DNA of 64,000 nucleotides, from NCBI GenBank assembly GCA_013265495.1, contig MU058781.1, forward strand, positions 3,078,158-3,142,157, written 5' to 3'. How positions within the stretch are numbered: the first letter of the stretch is position 1; every line of letters starts with the position of its first letter. The translations under genes were made by a program, and so were the position numbers. This document shows positions 45,227 to 57,455 of the stretch, piece by piece. Under the pieces are notes generated by a model. It saw only the letters and a list, made by a program, of their open reading frames with translations. It was not told the origin of the DNA and made no database searches. Source of the stretch: Vicugna vicugna (Eukaryota).

Positions 45227-46100
45227 GTTATATGTCCTGTGATATTTGGTGAGCACAGTGGGCTGTTGTAGAATGTGGTCCTGAGAAATATAAAGGACAA
45301 GAACCTGGCTGTGGCAGCAGAATAGAAGCCTGTAGATTTGGAAGTCACTGACTCAGTCAAAGATGTGTGTTTCCAGGGGATAAGATGTGGACAGAAACAG
45401 AAAACTGGCCTGAAACTCTCCCAAGTGGACTTTGCATAGAGGGCCACCCACAGGAGCAGTGAGACCCCAACGGGGAAAACCTGTGTGACAACAGACTTCT
45501 GAGAACCAGAGACCTAAGGGGAAGCCACAAGGAAACAGCCAGACACCCTGGTGAGGGAGCCACAAGGGAGAGATACCAAGTGAATGGGGGACAGCGGGTG
45601 ATAAAGGCCCTCTCGATAATCCACAGGGCTCTCCACAAGAAAGAGATGGCCATGCCACGGCCAGAAGAGACCCGTGCTAACTCACAAAAGTTCTAAGCGA
45701 CTGAGACATTCCCTGTTCCTCCTCTCTCTTTTGGCCCTGCCTCTCCGATGCCCTGGAGAAGCAGGAGAATCTAGCTAGTGTGTGGCTGAGGTCAGGGGCA
45801 GGGAAGAAAGCAGGAGCAGAAACTCAAATCAGAAAAGAAAAGGAAAGAAATAGATGGGCCTCTCTTCCCTGGAATGGGCTTCTAGTCTGCAGCAGTCCTG
45901 ACTTACAGCTTTGACTTCAGCTAGTGCTCGGCATGTGTATAATAAACCAGACTGGACGCATTAATTATTGAATGGAGACTGTTTCAAGGTCTAAAGTGAG
46001 AAAGGGATTTTTCACTTTGTTTTGTTATCCCTGAGGATGAGCATGGGTCCGCAGAGAGAGTTTTCGAGAAAAGTTATGAGAGTGGGTAGGGAAATGCCTT
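45227..46100 (+). mobile_element. Ancient long LTR, LTR78-like
   Basis: Purine-rich ~0.85 kb block starting tgttatatg and containing aataaaccagactggacgcattaattattgaatggagactgtttc...aaagtga, which resembles the recalled LTR78 3' portion. The right boundary is uncertain. Confidence 0.5.
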
Positions 46101-46319
46101 TTGGTTTTACCCTCAAGTCCTCCTTGAACAATAGCCTTTGGGTCAGGGATAGGAGTGGCTTAGCAGTGACAGCAGATAAACCTCATGGTGCCTGGGTTTT
46201 TTTTTTACTGAACAATACTGTGATAATGGGCATCTTGGTGTCCCATCACAAAGTATTACACAGCAAGGCAGAGTTACAAAATCTGACCATTCGCAGACAC
46301 CAGCTGATTGCAGAGGCTC

Positions 46320-46500
46320 TGTCATCTACTGTCACCCCTATGACCTTGGTCAAGTTACTTATGTTCTCCATGCTTAGACCTCTCATTCCGCAGAATGGTA
46401 GGGATAATGTCACTTTTTCATAAGATGCTGGGAGAGGAGTAAATAATTTCATATATTTAAAATGCTTAGAAGAGTAATTGACACATGGGGAGCACTTCAT
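46320..46500 (+). mobile_element. MIR SINE
   Basis: tatgaccttggtcaagttactta...ctctcattccgcagaatggtagggataat...aaaatgcttagaagagt...gacacatg. Confidence 0.8.
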
Positions 46501-48395
46501 TTGGTTTTTTTAAGTAAACTCTACTAACATCAACACAGTGACCCAAGAGCTGATATGGAAGCATCCACTCCTTCAGTGAGCAATGAGTTTAAGAATAATA
46601 AAATATGAGAAATGTTCCAGCAGTGTGAATAACAATAAGAGGCAGGAAATTTTTTTGAGTGATGTGGAAAAAAATCAAGTGTTCACTGTACTTTGGTGGT
46701 TATTACGGGCACAGCAAGCTCACCTTTGGGTTTAGAGGGCTCTGTCCTGTTGGTTTTGGTAGTGATTAGAGATCTGTGTGGACGTCCTGGAAGTGAGCTG
46801 ACCCGCTTACATGTTCAGGACACAGTGTCGTATTGAATTACAGTCATTGATTTTTCTAAGATCTCTCAGGCAGAACTTCAAGGTTCATTCTCTATTTTGA
46901 TTCTGGCAAGGGTTTTGACTATTATTATGAAATAGGGTGGAAGTTGTTTCCTTCCACTTTAGAAGCTCCTAATTAGTATTTCTTCATCGCATCCATTTTC
47001 TGTCCTTATTTTGCAGACAGATAGAAACTAGAACTCATTAGCTGTTAGGGATCATTTGCTGCTTCGTTGGGGTGTGACTACACGTTGACTTGATGCATTC
47101 CTGAATTGTATTTGTCATGATTTTTTTTTCCCAAGGAAAAGGAAGTGAAAATTTACCTAGCCAAGATAACCAAAGCAAAAGTTACTCATTTTTTCCTTCC
47201 AAGGAAAGGAGAATTTTATCATCTGCCTGATGTCCCTAGTGGGAGTATACATATGCATACCAGGTACTCTGGTTCCAGAATCCGTGCTTTCTTAATCACT
47301 GCAGTATGTGTTAAATTGAAATATGCAGGTCACCACATGTAATGTTAATACCCCTGTATTGGGGTTTCTGCATCTGTAAAATGATTACAAAGTGACAAAC
47401 AAAAAGAAAAGAAACATTTTTAGGAAGAGACTTTTTCCACAGCTTTAGGTTTACATGACTAATGAGATGTTTTCTCCTAAAGTTTTACCTGAATTTTAAT
47501 TAATAATTTTAATAGATTGGGAGTGTTTCTCATATGGGTCTATGTGTTCACTTAGAGTACAAGGCTCTGTAATTTTTTTCCCTGTGGCTAATACCCAACA
47601 TCCAAATACTTCACTGATTGACTTAGAAACAAGAAAGCTGAGAGAGTGTACATCTATTACACTTTTTTCATTTGTGTATTTGCCTTTTTTTTTTCTGGAA
47701 AGGAATTGAGCAGTTTACAGGAATATATACTCTCCAACAAGATAATCTGAATTTAAACTTACACCCCCTTTCCCCTACAAAAAAAGAGAACCAAAATTCG
47801 TTGTAGCAGAGAAACTACACACATATATCATAGTGACCCAAACCTCTTCTTTGGATGAGTTCACATAGTTGGCTAGAAAAAATGGAAACTTGATCAGATT
47901 TAGTAACAATTTCCGATGTATTCTCTGCCTCAGCTTATAGGACAGATAGACCCAATTGTAGCCAGTTTGCTATTTATTATTCATTCTCTCTGCCACTCAA
48001 GAAGAAAGTACATGGGAATTCAAATGACTGACATAATTATAGGTTATCCTTGAATCTTCTCTAATTTATTTCTTAAGTACATAATTTATAAACTTCATTG
48101 CATTAATATTAATATTAATAATAAAAGTCACTTGCAATATATCTTAAACATTCCTTCCTGGAGAACTTTTAGGTTTGCACAATTCTCAATGTCCACAAAT
48201 CAATGTAAAGGAAATAATGACTCAGTTAAAGACAATTAATCTTGAAACAAAGGTCAAGTAGGAATTTCTCCTGAGACTCTTCATGAAAATGAGCTCACTT
48301 TTATGCAGCGAATAGCTTTCTCCATGACATCCTGATAGAAACATCAGGAAGCTCCATTGGACTAATTATTTTAACAGCCTTGAAAATGGGCTGCT

Positions 48396-48774
48396 GTGGA
48401 ATCTAAGAAACAAAATGAAACAAAGCCAAACTCATAGATACAGAGAACAGATTGGTGTTTGCCAGTGGCGGGGATGGGAGGTGGGTGAAATGGGTAAAGG
48501 CAGTCAAAAGGAACAAACTTCCAGTTATAAATAAATAAGTCCTGGGGATGAAATGTGCATCATGGTGGCTGTAGTAACAATACTGTATTATATATTTAAA
48601 AGTTGCTAAGAGAGTAGATCTTAAGAGTACTTATCATAGGAAAAAAATTATAACTGTGTGATGACAGAGGTTAACTAGAATTACTGAGGTGATCATTTTG
48701 TAATATATACATATATTGAATCCTTGTACATCTGAAACTTATACATCGTTATACATCAGTTTTATCCCAACTGA
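48396..48774 (+). mobile_element. L1MA9-like 3' UTR, 5'-truncated
   Basis: caaactcatagatacagagaacagattggt...aaacttccagttataa...aagttgctaagagagtagatcttaa...gtgatcattttgtaatatatac. 13-bp TSD aaaatgggctgct at 48383-48395 and 48775-48787. Confidence 0.92.
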
Positions 48775-49088
48775 AAAATGGGCTGCTAATGACATCCTAA
48801 TAAGCATCTATAGAAAGGCAATGAATCCTGTGGGATACCTACATTTCATCATTTGTCAACCTCTTTAATGATTTATGGTCATAAAACTGATTTCCATTAA
48901 GCTATCAATTATGTAGGAAAGCAACACATCTTGAAATAATGTTCTTGGCTAAAATTCCTAGACTTTTCTTGAAAAACTTTTCCTATCTTTTGATTAATCA
49001 CTTTAGATAGAGGGGCTGTCCAAATAGCTGCTGTAACTTCACTGCGTCAACATGAAAGCAAAGTCACTCAAATGTATTCAGTGTCGTG

Positions 49089-49250
49089 CAAGAGTTCTTA
49101 GACATTTTGGCATCACAAACTCTCAAGAAAATTATGAAAGCTACAGACCCCTTCCCCAGACAAATGCACAAGGATTCCTAATATTAAATTTTATATACAA
49201 TTTCAGAAATTTTGTAGGCCTCTTAGAGTCTATACAAAGGTCCTCTAACC
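49089..49250. mobile_element. Charlie4z-like hAT MITE (opposite orientation to the 36906 copy)
   Basis: gttcttagacatttt...atgaaagctacagaccccttccccagacaaatgcaca...aaattttatatacaatttcag. Confidence 0.65.
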
Positions 49251-50384
49251 TAACGATGCTATTCGTTTGACTTAATCTGGTTATTTTAAGGTAAGGACAC
49301 ATAAATGAAAGCCTGCGTATGGAAAATCTTGCTCTGGGACTTAACTGGAAATGACCATACGTCAATGTCAGTAGCCAGACTGTGAAGGTATTTTCATTCA
49401 CATGAAAAGCAACATAAATCCCCACACAAATGAATATACAATTTACTGGAATTTAAAGAAGCTGATGTTTAAGACTGAGATATTGTTGGAGCTGCCAAAA
49501 TATAATATTTTTTATAGAAGCAAAGCCAGCTTAAAATTGTCCACACTTCCTGAGAAGACTAGCCCTTAGCAATCATACCCGTGATATGGAAGAGGCGGAA
49601 GTGGATTCTAATATAAACTTCCAACCACATTACATGACAACATAAAAGTAAAAAGAAGAGATTTATTTTCTGTCTTACATGAGGGAGGGGGCCCTGCAAT
49701 AAATAGAATTTTTAGAATCTATTATGATGTAATAGTTGTACCTTTTTCATACTGATTAGTCACTTTGGTTTCCAACAATTGTTTAATGTCTCTCTTTTCC
49801 AGCGGAAAACTTAATTTTGGAGTGTGATTGTCAGGTTAATCAGAGCTAGAATTATCTATACAAAGAAGTAGCTGTGGGCTTTGATTGCCTCTTAACCAAT
49901 CACAGTTGGCTGAGTGGGTAGGTAATAGAATTGTCATTCTGTGATTTTGCTACATATGATGCCAGTGAACCCAAAAAATTTATTTATAGAACATCATGAA
50001 ATTCTCAGCTTAAAGTGGAACATTATGCTTCTCTATTCTCCTACTAATTAGGATTTGCCACTGTTTTTCACAGTTACCTACTTAAATATTGTTAGAACTG
50101 ATACTGTACATTTTCTATAGCATATTTATATGCATTTTATAAAACCATTGCACAGGAGAAAACCCAGAGATTGAAGTAAATTTAGATGGTATAAAAGGAT
50201 GTAAAATTATGGGGATGTGTTCTTTTTATAAGGAAATAACTATAAGAAGTAGATAATCAAGGGTATTCTATGCTGGAGTTTCTGTTCATTTTGGTTTCTT
50301 TTATTTGTAATAAGTGGTGTCTGATTATTACTTTAAATCCATATTTGAGAACTTTTTAAAGAGTAGTATTCTTATAAAAGGAGA

Positions 50385-50530
50385 GGGAAATACATTAGAA
50401 TTCAGCTGTGGTTATCTCTGGATGGGTAGGCTTATGGGTGATTTCTATTTCCCATTGTTTCTTTATCTTTGTTTTCCAAATTTTTTTTTGTAGTGGAAAT
50501 ATATTGCTTTTATAATGAGCAAAAAAGGTA
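50385..50530 (+). mobile_element. L1ME-type extreme 3' end
   Basis: gtggttatctctggatgggtaggcttatgggtgatttctatt...tttccaaatttt...tattgcttttataatgag. Confidence 0.7.
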
Positions 50531-52219
50531 ACAAAAGAAATTTCATTTGAGGGGAAAATAATTGTCTGTTGTAAAAGCAGATCCTTTTAAAAAGCAATTT
50601 GGAATAGAGGCATGACCTACACTTCAGCCCTTGGCCAAGGGGAGTCATTACAGAAGCCTGATTGGAAGGAGTATGAGTGGGGTTTCTTAAAAAAAAAAAG
50701 TTCAAAATACCCACAAACTTAGAGAAAAAGCTTTTCTAGGAGTGTCTTTCTAGCAGTGGAAAGAACTACTCACATGAAGTTTTATCTCAGCCTAAGATAG
50801 CTTTGAGAGACTCTTAGGAGGTTTAATAGAAGAGTTTGGAGCCCCATTATAGCCTTAAGTACAAGACCAAGGAGTTTTGTGCTTGATTTAGGAGATAATG
50901 AGAATTAATCTGGAAGCGTATGAGTAAGTGGGTGATAATATTAGTGCTATGCTTTAGAAAATAAATCTGCAACCCTGGGTCAATGGCTTGGGGAATGGAA
51001 TAATAGCAGAATGAGTTTAAGGTGTTGAGACTTTCTAAAATGATCTTGAAATGGGCTCTAGTTTTATGAGTGGTATGGATGAGATGAATAAAAGATTATA
51101 AAGGAAAATTAAAACTGTCCTTAGTTCACTTAATCTAAGATACACCATTTATTTATTTCACAGTTGACTGAAACTAAAAACTGGAAATAAACCAAAAACT
51201 CTAATCGGGTTTGATACCCAGTTGGCCTGGTTTCCCAGAATCTTACTCTATTCTCTTTGTAGATTGCCCTCAGAATAGGATTCAAGGGTCTTAGGAAAAA
51301 AGAATCTGTGAAAAAAGCATTGATAGTAAGATATTTGCTTCTTTAAATCTCTGCTTTATGGAGATGTGTATCTTTATGCAATATCATTTCTATATTGAAC
51401 ATATAAATAAAATGATGACTTGATGGAGAGACAGAGACACAGAGAGAGAGAGAGGAAAAAAACTAAAAAATGAAGAACATGGACTTTAGATGACCAGTAG
51501 CAGCATATACTAATTGACAATTCAATTCTTCTAAGACATAACACTTTAAAAAGTAAAATTATGCAAACCTAAGCTTATGAAGGTATGAAGGAACTTTTAT
51601 ATTTAAGTTTCCTGTGGAGAAAGAAAAATAAAGTTTTACTGTTTCTCCATATTTTCTGACTGAAAAGCCATTACACTGCACATAGTAGGTGCTCAAAAAT
51701 ATCCGCTGAATAACTAGATAAATGAAGAAATAAATAAATAATGTTGGACTTATGGTGCATTTTTAAAGCTATGTGAGCACTTAGGGATACAATTTTTGTA
51801 GTCTATAGACATTACATTTATTAGAAGATAAAGAGTGTCATGGTACCAAAACGAGGAGAATCATTAGGAAAGAATCGTTCACTCAGGAGCTCAGGTACGT
51901 ATTATTGTGCCTTGCATTTCGACAACCTAGAGCAAGGGATAACATCCTTAAAACAGGAGGAAGTTTCATCTGTCATTTCCTAACTAACTGACATGTAGGC
52001 CGTACTTGGATATAAAGACATAGATCAGATGTCTACCCACTGTTTAAATTCACATTGGTTGTTCCAGTTTGAAGTGTTTCTTGCCTCTTAGGAGATTTTG
52101 GCCAGTCTGGGATTATTCTATGTTCTGTCACATTCCTTGACATAACAAGAATGGCAAACACTGAATGATTTAAAGCCATCAGTGTTTAATGCTCTCATAG
52201 TAATTATGTTTAATCCTCC

Positions 52220-52685
52220 TAGCCAAATTGGACAACCTGGAAGAAATGGGTATATTCCTAGAAACATGCAACTTGCCAAGACTGAATTATGGAGAAATAA
52301 CAAATTTGAACAGACCAATAATGAGTAAGGAGATTGAATCAGTAATTTTACATTTTCCTACAAAGAAAATCCCAGGACCAGACAATTTCACTGGTGAATT
52401 CTACCCAACATTTAAAGAAGAATTAATGCTAATCTTTCTCAGACTCTTTGAAAAAGTCAAAGAGGAGGATAATCAGTTTATGAGGCCAGCATTACCCTGA
52501 TACCAAAGCCAGACAAATATACTACAAAAAAAGAAAACTATTGGTCAATATCCTTGATGAATATAGGTGTAAAAATTCTCAAACTATTAGCAAACTGAAT
52601 TCAACAGCATATTAAAAGAATCATTCACCATGGTCAAGAGGAATTTATCCCTGGGATGCAAGGATGGTTCAAAATACGCAAATTC
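52220..52685 (+). mobile_element. Internal LINE-1 ORF2 fragment (EN-RT linker and start of RT)
   Basis: ORF 52228-52500 (LDNLEEMGIFLETCNLPRLNYGEITNLNRPIMSKEIESVI...PTKKIPGPDNFTGEFYPTFKEEL) is L1 ORF2p. Downstream attaccctgataccaaagccagacaaa...tttatccctgggatgcaaggatggttcaa continues in a shifted frame. Confidence 0.95.
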
Positions 52686-54059
52686 TATTGGCTATTTGGA
52701 GAAAAAGAAAAGACAAGATTAAGTCTAAGAGTTGGAGAACTTCCTTCTCATGAATATGGTCTTGGTCGTTTGTGGCACACACAATTTTTAATAAGTTCTT
52801 AAAATAGCTGCTATGTCTTTTAATTTCCTAAGAAAGGGATCTTAGAGCATCTAATCTAGATATCTTCCTCATTTTACAAAGGAGGAAACAATGTACCTTG
52901 AAAAAGTTAACAAGTGAGCAGACTATGGTGATACTCATTTCTGTCAGAACCATGGTGCAACCTAGGGATCCCTCCTCACATTCCCTGAAGAAAGCACTTT
53001 GAAATTCTAGGACACAACATTTGTTATGGGAAGAGCACTTGGAAAGAGCACATTATAAGAACTAAGAATCACACACTATATAACCTGCAACTGAGATGTA
53101 TGCTCATAGATGTTTACTTTTAGACTGTTGGTCTCCTTACCATATTGGTTGACAAACATGGTCAACATATGTGTCACATTTTAGCATGAAAGTAAAGAAA
53201 GTTACAGTCCAGTTATGGGTGTAAAACAGTAAACCCTGGAAAATAATTCGTTGCTATAGCGTGTCTCAAATAGTTAGACAATTCATCCCTTGCCAACAGG
53301 AAGCCCTTCTGGGCTCTTTCAGTCTGGCCCTGCTATGTGGGATGCAAGTAAATACTTAAAGGAGTCAAGAACTCTGAAAGTTGATGAACTCTTAAAGCAA
53401 GCAAAATTGAAATGCTTTTATAAAATTCAGTATAATGCTTACCCGATTGCTCTGCCTCATGAAATAAGTTAGTCTCAGATCTTTCAACTATGACCTGGAA
53501 GAGGAAAATTCTCTTCTATTTTGTTCCCCTTATGTTGTCCGGCACACAGAAGTACCAATAACAGTTTTAGGGATGTAGAAAGGCAAATCTCTGGCTATGC
53601 TAAATGCTGAAATACCTCCTCTCTCTGAGAAAGATATTTGACTTCTTTTCCATCACAACCAAAGTCTTAGAACATACGAGGTGCTTCTATGTAAGTGGTC
53701 TTTCTGAGATTTTCTTTAGGTAACCTGCAGCTTTAGAGTACCAACTATAATGTGATCCAAGTGGCAAATTCCAAATTAGCAACTAGCCTGACCTACGGTG
53801 AGGAAGACAGGATCTGAGGAGGCGTAGTCTTGGTTCTGGAACAAGTTCATCGTATGTCCTTCAGGAAGTTATCTAACTATAAATTTCGCTGTCTTTTCAT
53901 CTCTTGAGTGACTTCTGAAATCCCTTCTACCTCAGAAATGCTATGATGTAGAGTAACTATCCACATGCTATTTGGGTTTTTGTTTCCTTTTTTGTGTTAA
54001 GCTGGGTACATCTAAGATACCTTTGGATATGCCAGATAATCTCTATTCTAGGAGCTTCT

Positions 54060-54250
54060 GTTACTTGAATAACATAATCTAAATGTGTCTACTTCTCTCC
54101 ATCTTCACCATTACCATCATGTTTGGAAACAACGTCTCTCTCATCTGAATTATTTACTGGTCTTCTGTTTCCACTCTTGTGTGTGCACATACACACACAC
54201 ATACAACTTCACACACAGTCTGTTCTCTGTGTGGCAGCTAGAGTGAGCAT
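54060..54250 (+). mobile_element. LINE-2 fragment
   Basis: ctacttctctccatcttcaccattacca...ctctcatctgaattat...gtctgttctctgtgtggcagctagagtgagc. Confidence 0.6.
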
Positions 54251-55779
54251 GTTTATGTATAACATTAAAATTGAGGATGACTTAAAGCTCGGGCCTAGGT
54301 GACATGTGAAGAGCTGGAGGAGTGGGGAATAGGTGGGCAAACCCAGAGGGAGAGAATCTGTGCACAGAGTAGAACTTCAGTTGGAACATATGCTGAGGGT
54401 TAAGATAAGCCTGGAGGAAGAGTACACCTATGAGAGGACTGGGACTGGGTCCTGCCAAATTATGAAGACATTGCTTCCTTTTCAGCCCAACAAAGGAATC
54501 TGGCCAAAGGAAAATGAGACATTTCCAGGGATGCCTGTGTCAGAGTGTGAGACATGAGACTCTGGGGACAGGCGAGTATAAGATAGAAGAGGTCTGAACC
54601 GCTTGTTTGTCTAATCCTTTAGCTGGGAGGCAACTATTTCACTGTGCCAGGCCCAAAGAAAGGTCAAATGCAGGAAACATTCTCTTTAACCTTTTAATAG
54701 CTTTAATTTTATTTATTTATTTTTGAATAGACCATGCATTCTTATCATTCAAAATTCAAAAGTTTCAAAAGGCTGTGCAAATGAAAATGTCTCTTCCCAC
54801 CAACTAATGTTATAAAAATTTTATAGACCCCTTTTTGGAGAGCTATAATGGGGGACAAATTGAATATTTAAAATGTACTTATGAAGTATATAGTGGTTTA
54901 TTCTTTACCATAGTTTCATGTTATCCTATCAACACCCTGAAAGGTAGATAGGACAAATACTATTTCTGTTCTACTGACTGATTCTAGTCCTAGTCTCCTT
55001 TTTCCCATTGGCCGCCAGACAATTTATCTGAATTCTTCTGGTGGCGCAGTTCGGTGAATCTCAAAAAGCAAGGTCAAAATCTTGATTTCTTTTGAATCTT
55101 AGTTTTCAGGACTTTAGCACTTTCTTCTATCCCTTTATTGGAAACCAACAGCATTAGTCCAGCATGCAGGATTTTAGGCTGAATATAAGAGTAGAAAGTC
55201 TCCAGCAATATTTAGAGAACTGAAAAGTAAAGAGACATCCTCGAGTGCTAATTGAGCTATCATCTTCGCAAATTTTCCAGAACAAATGCAATAAAGAATG
55301 ATAAAAAGAAATACAGTGTATGCCAGAGAGGGACACATTTACCTTTGGTGTCCATTTCTAGAAATGACAGTTGAAATACTTTCTGTGTAATATTACTAGT
55401 CTAAATTGCATACTTGTTAAATCACTGTCTTTTAGTTACAAAGAAGAAAGAATGGTTCTGAGAAAGCAAGTACTTCCTCAGTAATTCACTTATAATTTAA
55501 AATCTTTAAAATTATTTCAAATATTAACTGCATTTACAAGCCTTTCTCCAGGGAGCAAGGAGTTTCTTAAAGGCATTATCACATCAGTCTTATTAGTTCT
55601 AATAAGATGAAAAAAAAATGGAACTGATATTTCAAATCTTTTTCATTCTATTTATGAAGAATAAAAGATAAGGGAGAGACACTCTTTATCCAACTTAGCA
55701 CATTTTGACCAAAATAAAAGATGAAACAAACAAACCATACAAATGTCTTTCTCTATAAGAATTACAGCACTACCTCAAT

Positions 55780-55925
55780 GTAGCTGAATAGCCCTACGCA
55801 AGTTATTTAACAACCCCATGCATCAGCTTTCTCTCTATAAAAATATGAATAAATCCTCCTTCACAGAATTATTGGGAGTATTGTAACACTGTATAAGTGA
55901 AAGTAACAATCCAGTGAATGGCAGT
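55780..55925 (+). mobile_element. MIR SINE
   Basis: gcaagttatttaacaaccccatgcatcagctttctctctataaaa...ttcacagaattattgggagtatt. Confidence 0.65.
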
Positions 55926-55931
55926 AATGTC

Positions 55932-56455
55932 TGTGTGAGTTATCTGGAGCTGCATAACAATATTACCCTAAACTTGGTGGCTTAAAACAACACACATTTA
56001 TTATCACATAGTTTCTGTGGTCAGGAGCCCAGGCATAGCCTAGCTAGGTCCTCTGCTGCAGGGTTTCACAAAGCTGCCATGAAGGTGTTGGCCAGGGCTA
56101 CAGACTCATCTGAAGGCTTGACTGAGGAAGGATCCACTTCCAAGCTCACATGGTTGTTGGCAGAATTCAGTTCCTTGCCGTTGTAGGGTTGGATATTTAC
56201 TAGCTTTTGGCTGAAGGATCTTCAGTTCCTAGAAGGCACCCTCAGTCCTCTGTCATGTGGGCCACCCAACAGGATTCACTTACTTCATCAAACTGCAGGG
56301 AGAGAGTCTCCCTATGTTACGTAATGACAGAAATAACATCCCATCCCTTAAGCTATATTCTGTTGAGTATAGTCACAGTTCTATTGGGCAAGTCACAGTT
56401 CCTGCCCACACTCAAGAGGAAGGATCAGGGGTCCACCTTGGGTCTGCCCACCACA
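55932..56455 (-). mobile_element. MLT1D-like MaLR solo LTR, apparently full length
   Basis: tgtgtgagttatct...gctgcataacaa...aacttggtggcttaaaacaacacacatttattatcacatagtttctg...ggatccacttccaagctcac...caagtcacagttcctgcccacactcaag...ctgcccaccaca. 5-bp TSD atgtc/ttgtc. Confidence 0.92.
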
Positions 56456-56860
56456 TTGTCCAATACCCAGTTCTTTCTTTCCTATCTTACCATGCCTTCC
56501 TTTTTTTGATTCTTAGGGACCTCTGCTGCCCATCAAAATCTTCTTTGTCTAAGTAGTTAAAGACAGTACTTTAAACGTTCATAGAAATAAAATGGAAAAG
56601 AAGATAAAATTAAATTTTATCAGTAAAATTAGTATCTAAGTAAAATTTCATAAAACAGAAGGCTTTTTGTTTCCTCCTATTTGTTTATGCTTTTGATGCC
56701 ATTTTGTTGGAGTGTGTTCAGAAAATAATTGCAAATCTGAATCGATTGAGTACAAAAGCACTCATGAAACACAGGCACTGCAAAATAATTTCACTGAATA
56801 GCCGAGAAATGGCTGTGGATTTTGTTCCCCATAAGTGTGGTTAAGAATAGCCACAAGCCC

Positions 56861-57012
56861 AATATATATAAGATCTTGTGGTAGCTCACAGCGAAAAAAA
56901 AAAAAGTTACAATGACTATATGCATGTTCATGTATAACTGAAAAATTTGCTCTACACTGAAATTTGACACATTATAAAATGACTATAACTCAATAAAAAA
57001 ATGTTTAAAAAA
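56861..57012 (+). mobile_element. Very short camelid-type LINE-1 3' end
   Basis: agatcttgtggtagctcacagcgaaaa...gactataactcaataaaaaa. Perfect 15-bp TSD aatagccacaagccc at 56846-56860 and 57013-57027. Confidence 0.93.
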
Positions 57013-57185
57013 AATAGCCACAAGCCCCAACATGGGGTAGAATGGCGTCTTTGTAGGTGTTAGTCATCCTGGGTAGTTTGGCCGTGTTTGGTACGCCCTA
57101 CCTGCGTCTCTGGTCTCTGGAGTCTCTTGAGAACTAGGGTCTTCCAAAGATGGTAGGGATTTTCATGATATAAGGCTGTTTCTGC

Positions 57186-57197
57186 TGATAATGATGG

Positions 57198-57240
<43 letters not shown>
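57186..57240. repeat. (GAT)n trinucleotide microsatellite at a MIR tail
   Basis: tgataatgatggtgatgatgat...gat seen directly. Confidence 0.95.
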
Positions 57241-57241
<1 letters not shown>

Positions 57242-57455
57242 GCAGCTAACATTTACTATGTATTTAGCACATGCCAGTTACTCTAAAATGCTTCACATGT
57301 GTAATCAAATACAACCATGTGAGAAAGGAACTGTTATTATTCCCTGTCTCACAAATGCTGAAAGTGAGCCTTAGAGAGATTAAGGTCAAATGGCTAGTAA
57401 GTGGTAGGGCTTGGATTCTAACCATAGAAAGGTCCAATCTCAGAACCTCAGAACT
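57241..57455 (-). mobile_element. MIR SINE
   Basis: gcagctaacatttact...atgccagttactctaaaatgcttcacatg...aaagtgagccttagagagattaaggtca...gctagtaagtggtagggcttggattctaacc. Confidence 0.85.

Noticed and set aside
51498..51522. tagcagcatatactaattgac resembling miR-15/16 family or the U6 5' end
   Set aside because: Only the seed or a few bases match, there is no complementary arm for a pre-miRNA hairpin, and U6 similarity does not continue.
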